From: Brachybacterium sp. | GTDB taxonomy: Bacteria > Actinomycetota > Actinomycetes > Actinomycetales > Dermabacteraceae | Assembly (NCBI RefSeq): GCF_052099115.1 | Contig: NZ_JBQDQS010000011.1 | DNA: 64,000 bases | Strand: one strand, 5' to 3' | Shown: positions 59,335-64,000 of the stretch, piece after piece | Layout: every line of letters starts with the position of its first letter | Numbering within the stretch: the stretch's first letter is position 1 | Notes under the pieces: model-generated | Database searches by the model: none | Seen by the model: only the letters and a program-made list of their open reading frames with translations | What the model was told of the DNA's origin: nothing | Made by a program: the position numbers and the translations under genes

Positions 59335-59373
59335 GAGCGTGAGCGGTGAGCATGTGAGGCACCGATGCGGCTC

Positions 59374-59397
59374 CCCTCGCCTGCGCGAGGGTTTTTT
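59374..59397 (+). terminator. Intrinsic terminator in the leuS 5' leader
   Basis: ccctcgc-ctgc-gcgaggg followed by TTTTTT, about 60 nt before the leuS ATG; the only clear U-tract hairpin I noticed in the window. Confidence 0.85.
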
Positions 59398-59456
59398 CAT
59401 GTCACGAGACGCCTGGCGGCATCTGCCGCACTGATCCTTCGGAGGACGATTCATCC

Positions 59457-62423
59457 ATGAGCGAGGCCCCGCACCGATACACCGCCGACGTGGCGGACCA
59501 GATCGAGCGCCGCTGGCAGCAGCGCTGGGACGAGGACGGCACCTTCCACGCCGACAATCCTGTCGGTGAGCTGCGCGGCTCGGCCGAGTCACTCGAGGAC
59601 GCCGCAGCGGCGACGTCAGCCGCGGCGCCCGAGAAGATGTACATCATGGACATGTTCCCGTACCCCTCGGGGGCAGGTCTGCACGTGGGGCACCCCTTGG
59701 GCTACATCGCTACCGACGTGGTCGCCCGTCACCAGCGCATGTTGGGCAAGAACGTCCTGTACACGATGGGCTACGACGCCTTCGGGCTGCCAGCCGAGCA
59801 GTACGCCGTCCAGACCGGCACGCATCCGCGCACCACCACCGAGTCGAACATCGCCACCATGCGCCGCCAGCTGCACCGGCTGGGCCTGTCCCATGATCCG
59901 CGACGGACGCTGTCCACCACCGACCCCGAGTTCGTGAAGTGGACGCAGTGGATCTTCCTGCGCATCTTCGACTCCTGGTACGACCCCGAGGCACCGAACG
60001 CCGACGGCATCACGGGCCGGGCGCGCCCGATCGCCGAGCTGCGCGAGGAGCTGCGGGCGGGCACCGTGGACCCGTATGCCCTCGCCGAGCGGCAGGGCAT
60101 CGAGCTGCCCGCGGAATGGGCCGGTCGCAGCGCTGCCGACGTCATCGCGGCGTCCGACACCGAGCTGTCCGAGCTCGCGGATTCCTTCCGCCTGGCCTAC
60201 ATCTCCGAGACCCCGGTGAACTGGTGCCCGGGCCTGGGCACCGTGCTGGCCAACGAGGAGGTCACCGCCGAGGGGCGGTCCGAGCGCGGCAACTTCCCGG
60301 TGTTCACGCGTCGGCTGCGGCAGTGGAACATGCGCATCACCGCGTTCGCGGACCGGCTGATCGACGACCTGGACCGAGTGGACTGGCCGGAGTCGATCCG
60401 GGCGATGCAGCGGAACTGGATCGGTCGCAGCCACGGCGCACAGATCACCTTCCCCGTCTCCGGGTCGGCGATCGACGGTGGCGGCGTGGCGAGCTTCGAT
60501 GTGTTCACCACCCGCGCCGACACCCTGTTCGGCGCGACCTTCTGCGTGCTCTCCCCCGAGCACACGCTGCTGGCCGAGCCCTCGACGCTGCCCGCCCAGT
60601 GGCCGGCGGGCACCAAGGATGCCTGGACCGGTGGCGCGGAGGGCCCGCGTGCCGCGGTCGCCGCCTACCAGGCCCGGGCCGCCGCGCTGGACGAGGACGA
60701 GCGCACAGCCGATGACCGAGAGAAGACCGGCGTGTTCACCGGCCTGTTCGCGACGAACCCGATGGACGGCCGTGAGCTGCCCGTGTTCACCGCGGACTAC
60801 GTCCTGACCGGCTACGGAACCGGCGCGATCATGGCCGTGCCCGCCGAGGACGCGCGGGACTTCGAGTTCGCCGCACGCTTCGACCTGCCGGTGATCCGCA
60901 CCGTGCGGCCACCGACCGATTTCGAAGGCGGTGCCTGGACCGGCACGGGAGAGAAGATCAACTCCGCCAGCGCGGAGCTGGATCTGAACGGCCTGGACCT
61001 GGACGAGGCGAAGACGCGGGCCACCGCGTACGCCGAGGAACAGGGCTTCGGCCGCGCCCGCACCACGTTCCGGCTGCGCGACTGGCTGTTCTCCCGCCAG
61101 CGCTACTGGGGCGAGCCCTTCCCGATCGTCTACGACCCGGCCGCACCCGAGGTGCCGATCCCGCTGCCGGAGGAGATGCTGCCCGTGGACCTGCCGGAGG
61201 TCGCGGACTTCTCCCCCAGGACCTTCGACCCGGCGGACGCGGACACCGAGCCGCAGACACCGCTCTCGCGCGCCACCGAGTGGGCCGAGGTCGAACTGGA
61301 CCTGGGCGAGGGCCCCAAGCGCTACCTGCGCGAGACGAACACGATGCCGCAGTGGGCCGGCTCCTCCTGGTACCACCTGCGCTACATCGATCCCACCGAG
61401 GACGAGGTCCTGGTGCGCCCGGAGAACGAGCAGTACTGGCTGGGTACCCGCGAGGACGGCGGCGTGGGCGGGGTGGACCTGTACGTCGGAGGGGTGGAGC
61501 ACGCGGTGCTGCACCTGCTGTACGCCCGGTTCTGGCACAAGGTGCTGTTCGACCGCGGGGACGTCTCCAGCCAGGAACCGTTCCACCGCCTGTTCAACCA
61601 GGGGTACATCCAGGCCTTCGCCTACACCGATGCCCGCGGCGTCCACGTCCCGGCGGAGGAGGTCGAGGCAGGTGCCGACGGCACCTTCACCTATCAGGGC
61701 GAGCCCGTCACCCAGGAGTACGGGAAGATGGGCAAGTCGCTGAAGAACGCGGTGGCGCCCGACGACATGTACGAGGAGTACGGCGCGGACACACTGCGCG
61801 TGTACGAGATGTCGATGGGCCCGCTGGACCTGTCCCGGCCGTGGGAGACCCGCGCCGTGGTCGGCTCACAGCGCTTCCTGCAGCGGCTGTGGCGCCTGGT
61901 GATCGATGAGGAGACGGGTCATCTGGCCCTCTCCGAGCAGCCGGCGGATCTCGCCACGCTGCAGGCCACGCACCGGGCGATCGACGGGGTCGCCCGGGAT
62001 ATGGAGCGGATGCACTTCAACACCGCGATCGCGAAGCTCATCGAGCTGGTGAATCAGCTGACCAAGCAGCTGACGTCCACCGGGTCCACGCCGCGGGAGG
62101 CGGTCGAGCCGCTGGTGCTGATGGTCGCACCGCTCGCGCCGCACCTGGCCGAGGAGCTGTGGACCCGGCTGGGGCACAGCGGGAGCATCTCCCGCGTCGC
62201 CTACCCGGTCGCGGATCCGGAGCTGCTGAAGGCCGAGCGCGTCACCTGCGTCATCCAGGTCAAGGGCAAGGTGCGTCACCGCATCGAGGTGGATCCGGAG
62301 ATCGCCGAGGCCGATCTGGAGGCTGCGGTCATGGCCGAGGAGCGGGTCCAGGAGCTGCTGGAGGGTCAGACGGTCCGGAAGCTGATCATCCGGGCGCCGA
62401 AGATCGTGAACATCGTGGTGTGA
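59457..62423 (+). CDS. leuS: Leucine--tRNA ligase
   Basis: [14 protein letters not shown] (HIGH), editing domain [37 protein letters not shown]. Confidence 0.98.
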   Translation: MSEAPHRYTADVADQIERRWQQRWDEDGTFHADNPVGELRGSAESLEDAAAATSAAAPEKMYIMDMFPYPSGAGLHVGHPLGYIATDVVARHQRMLGKNVLYTMGYDAFGLPAEQYAVQTGTHPRTTTESNIATMRRQLHRLGLSHDPRRTLSTTDPEFVKWTQWIFLRIFDSWYDPEAPNADGITGRARPIAELREELRAGTVDPYALAERQGIELPAEWAGRSAADVIAASDTELSELADSFRLAYISETPVNWCPGLGTVLANEEVTAEGRSERGNFPVFTRRLRQWNMRITAFADRLIDDLDRVDWPESIRAMQRNWIGRSHGAQITFPVSGSAIDGGGVASFDVFTTRADTLFGATFCVLSPEHTLLAEPSTLPAQWPAGTKDAWTGGAEGPRAAVAAYQARAAALDEDERTADDREKTGVFTGLFATNPMDGRELPVFTADYVLTGYGTGAIMAVPAEDARDFEFAARFDLPVIRTVRPPTDFEGGAWTGTGEKINSASAELDLNGLDLDEAKTRATAYAEEQGFGRARTTFRLRDWLFSRQRYWGEPFPIVYDPAAPEVPIPLPEEMLPVDLPEVADFSPRTFDPADADTEPQTPLSRATEWAEVELDLGEGPKRYLRETNTMPQWAGSSWYHLRYIDPTEDEVLVRPENEQYWLGTREDGGVGGVDLYVGGVEHAVLHLLYARFWHKVLFDRGDVSSQEPFHRLFNQGYIQAFAYTDARGVHVPAEEVEAGADGTFTYQGEPVTQEYGKMGKSLKNAVAPDDMYEEYGADTLRVYEMSMGPLDLSRPWETRAVVGSQRFLQRLWRLVIDEETGHLALSEQPADLATLQATHRAIDGVARDMERMHFNTAIAKLIELVNQLTKQLTSTGSTPREAVEPLVLMVAPLAPHLAEELWTRLGHSGSISRVAYPVADPELLKAERVTCVIQVKGKVRHRIEVDPEIAEADLEAAVMAEERVQELLEGQTVRKLIIRAPKIVNIVV

Positions 62424-62463
62424 GCGTGGCCCGGCTCTCGCCGGATCGCGAGACCGGTCCTCT

Positions 62464-62497
62464 GCGGCCCCGGAGCTCCTTCGAGCTCCGGGGCCGC
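62464..62497 (+). terminator. 15-bp hairpin after leuS
   Basis: gcggccccggagctc-cttc-gagctccggggccgc. Confidence 0.72.
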
Positions 62498-62605
62498 GTC
62501 GTCCGCGGGACCCGTCGCCGATGACGGTTCCTCCACCGCACGGGTCCGTCCACAATCTGCGCTCCCTCCCGGCCGCGAGGAGGGCGCACTGCCTACGGTC
62601 GCGCC

Positions 62606-63778
62606 ATGAATACTTTCTGGGGTTGCGAGACCGAGGAACTGACCGAGCTGTCCGCCGTCTTCGGCACCCGTGCCGTCCGGCTGCAGACCCTGATCCAGCA
62701 GGCCGCGTCGTGCGTGCGTGCCGCCGACTGGATCGGCCCCGATGCGGAGGACCACCGGATACGCACCGAGGACCTGGTCGAGTTCGTGATCGGTCTGGTC
62801 GAGCGCCTGCGGGAGCTCGGAGAGCTGCTCGGGGACGAGGCCGCGGAGCAGGACCTCTGCTCCCAGGCTGACGGTGTCCCGGCACGGGCAGGGGACCCGC
62901 TCGGGGTGCGCGCCACCCCGCCCTGGGTCCCCGACGATCTCGATCTCGTGCCGGACCTGAGCCGACCGGGCCACGACCCGATGATGGGCGGCCCCCTCAT
63001 GCATCCGGACCCGAGCCGCCTCGTGGACCTCCTGCCGGATCTCCCGGACCTCGGCGACCTCGGCCCGTTGATCGGCGGCCCCCTCATGCACGAGGACCCG
63101 ATCGGCCTGCTCCCGGCAACGGGACCTCTCCCCGAGGGCGAGGACTTCGCCCTGGACCCGGAGACTCTGGCTGAGGCGGAGAGCCACCGGAAGCTCCTCC
63201 TCGGCGAGGTCCCCGGGGTAGGACTCGCACAGACGCTGATGGACGACCATGCGGCGATAGGTGACATCTTCGACCACGCCGAGACGACGCTCGAGGAGAA
63301 CGGGTACGGCGCCTTCGCCCCGGCGCTCTCACTGGCACGCATGCCGCACGACATCTCCGGGGGCGTGCTCGGCGAGGACTCGACGCTGGCACAGGCGTTC
63401 TCCAGCATCGACCGGGGAGTGGCCAACGTGATGCAGACAGGCGACGAGGTGTTCTCCGCGGTCGGTGACGGTGACCTGGCCGGCGCGATCCAGGCGAGTG
63501 AGCGCGGGGTCTACCGTCATGCGGGAATGTCCGCGGACCTCCTGACGATCACCCCGGTTCCCGCCATCGCGGACACCGCCTCCGACCTGATCGGGACCGG
63601 TGCGGACGTGACGGAGCCGTTCAACCCCGAGATGGCCGAGACCCTTCGCTCGGCGGAGCAGGCGGCCAAGGAGTACGGTCAGGCCTGGGAGCGGGGCCAG
63701 GAGCGGCTCACCGAGCCGGAGACCTACTACGACCTGCGTCGGACCTACTTCCCGGCCCCCTGGGACCCGCAGGCCTGA
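62606..63778 (+). CDS. Hypothetical protein with WXG100-like N-terminal domain
   Basis: GAGGAGG SD upstream; ~90-aa helical N-terminus with central WIGPDA; Pro/Asp linker with two GGPLMH repeats; acidic Ala/Gly-rich C-terminal region. Confidence 0.65.
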   Translation: MNTFWGCETEELTELSAVFGTRAVRLQTLIQQAASCVRAADWIGPDAEDHRIRTEDLVEFVIGLVERLRELGELLGDEAAEQDLCSQADGVPARAGDPLGVRATPPWVPDDLDLVPDLSRPGHDPMMGGPLMHPDPSRLVDLLPDLPDLGDLGPLIGGPLMHEDPIGLLPATGPLPEGEDFALDPETLAEAESHRKLLLGEVPGVGLAQTLMDDHAAIGDIFDHAETTLEENGYGAFAPALSLARMPHDISGGVLGEDSTLAQAFSSIDRGVANVMQTGDEVFSAVGDGDLAGAIQASERGVYRHAGMSADLLTITPVPAIADTASDLIGTGADVTEPFNPEMAETLRSAEQAAKEYGQAWERGQERLTEPETYYDLRRTYFPAPWDPQA

Positions 63779-63823
63779 ACGACCTGCCGGGGACGCTGAC
63801 CGCGCCCCACAGCCGGCGCTCCC

Positions 63824-64000
63824 TCACCGCTGCTCCTCGACGGGCGCCTGCGGCGGGGCGTCCGAGCCCGTTCCGCCGCCGGTCTCCCCATCGGCCGTGC
63901 CCACGGTGAGGACCAGCCCCGGGCCGTCCTCACCGGCCGAGACCGCGACGCTCTGCCCGTCCTGCACCTGTCCGCGCAGGATCAAGCGGGCGAGGCCGTC
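63824..64000 (-). CDS. clpB: 3' end of a ClpB-type chaperone (runs off window end)
   Basis: Manual translation: DGLARLILRGQVQDGQSVAVSAGEDGPGLVLT...EEQR-stop, resembling the Clp/Hsp100 D2-small C-terminus. Only 58 codons visible. Confidence 0.6.
   Translation of the reverse strand, partial: DGLARLILRGQVQDGQSVAVSAGEDGPGLVLTVGTADGETGGGTGSDAPPQAPVEEQR

Larger units (their letters stand above)
59257..59397 (+). promoter_or_regulatory. Leucine-responsive transcription attenuator of leuS
   Basis: Leader ORF; helix 59294-59304 with 59362-59372; hairpin 59324-59341; terminator 59374-59397. Confidence 0.78.

Overview
This is a high-GC actinobacterial chromosome segment. Gene content and order fit Micrococcales, most like Brachybacterium/Dermabacteraceae (inference). 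It is almost all core and housekeeping genes, about 60 CDSs. They include the rimJ/5-FTHF cyclo-ligase/FmdB/SAF/mscL cluster, mutY, clpC, and a mqo-lutABC-aldose epimerase-sugar ABC block sitting between clpC and lsr2. They continue with lysS-panC-fol-ftsH-hpt-tilS-dacB, ppa, def, an orphan MsiK-type ABC ATPase, rlmB-cysS, a two-component system, acs, sdaA, a DEAD-box helicase, panD, leuS, a WXG100-like gene and the 3' end of clpB. I found no integrase, transposase, CRISPR, tRNA or rRNA. The best signals are not in the ORF track. (1) A leaderless 21-codon Leu-Leu-Leu leader peptide with a long-range helix and U-tailed terminator lies upstream of leuS, a classical-type attenuator. (2) Three tandem repeat arrays have the last codons plus stop of a gene as their first unit; one reiterates the folP/folB ATGA junction five times. 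(3) Three tiny bridging ORFs end in a stop overlapping the next gene's start. (4) Tandem ClgR-like boxes precede clpC. (5) An orphan WXG100-like multidomain protein and a degenerate adenylate-forming enzyme are present. All calls are by eye; no database searches were run.
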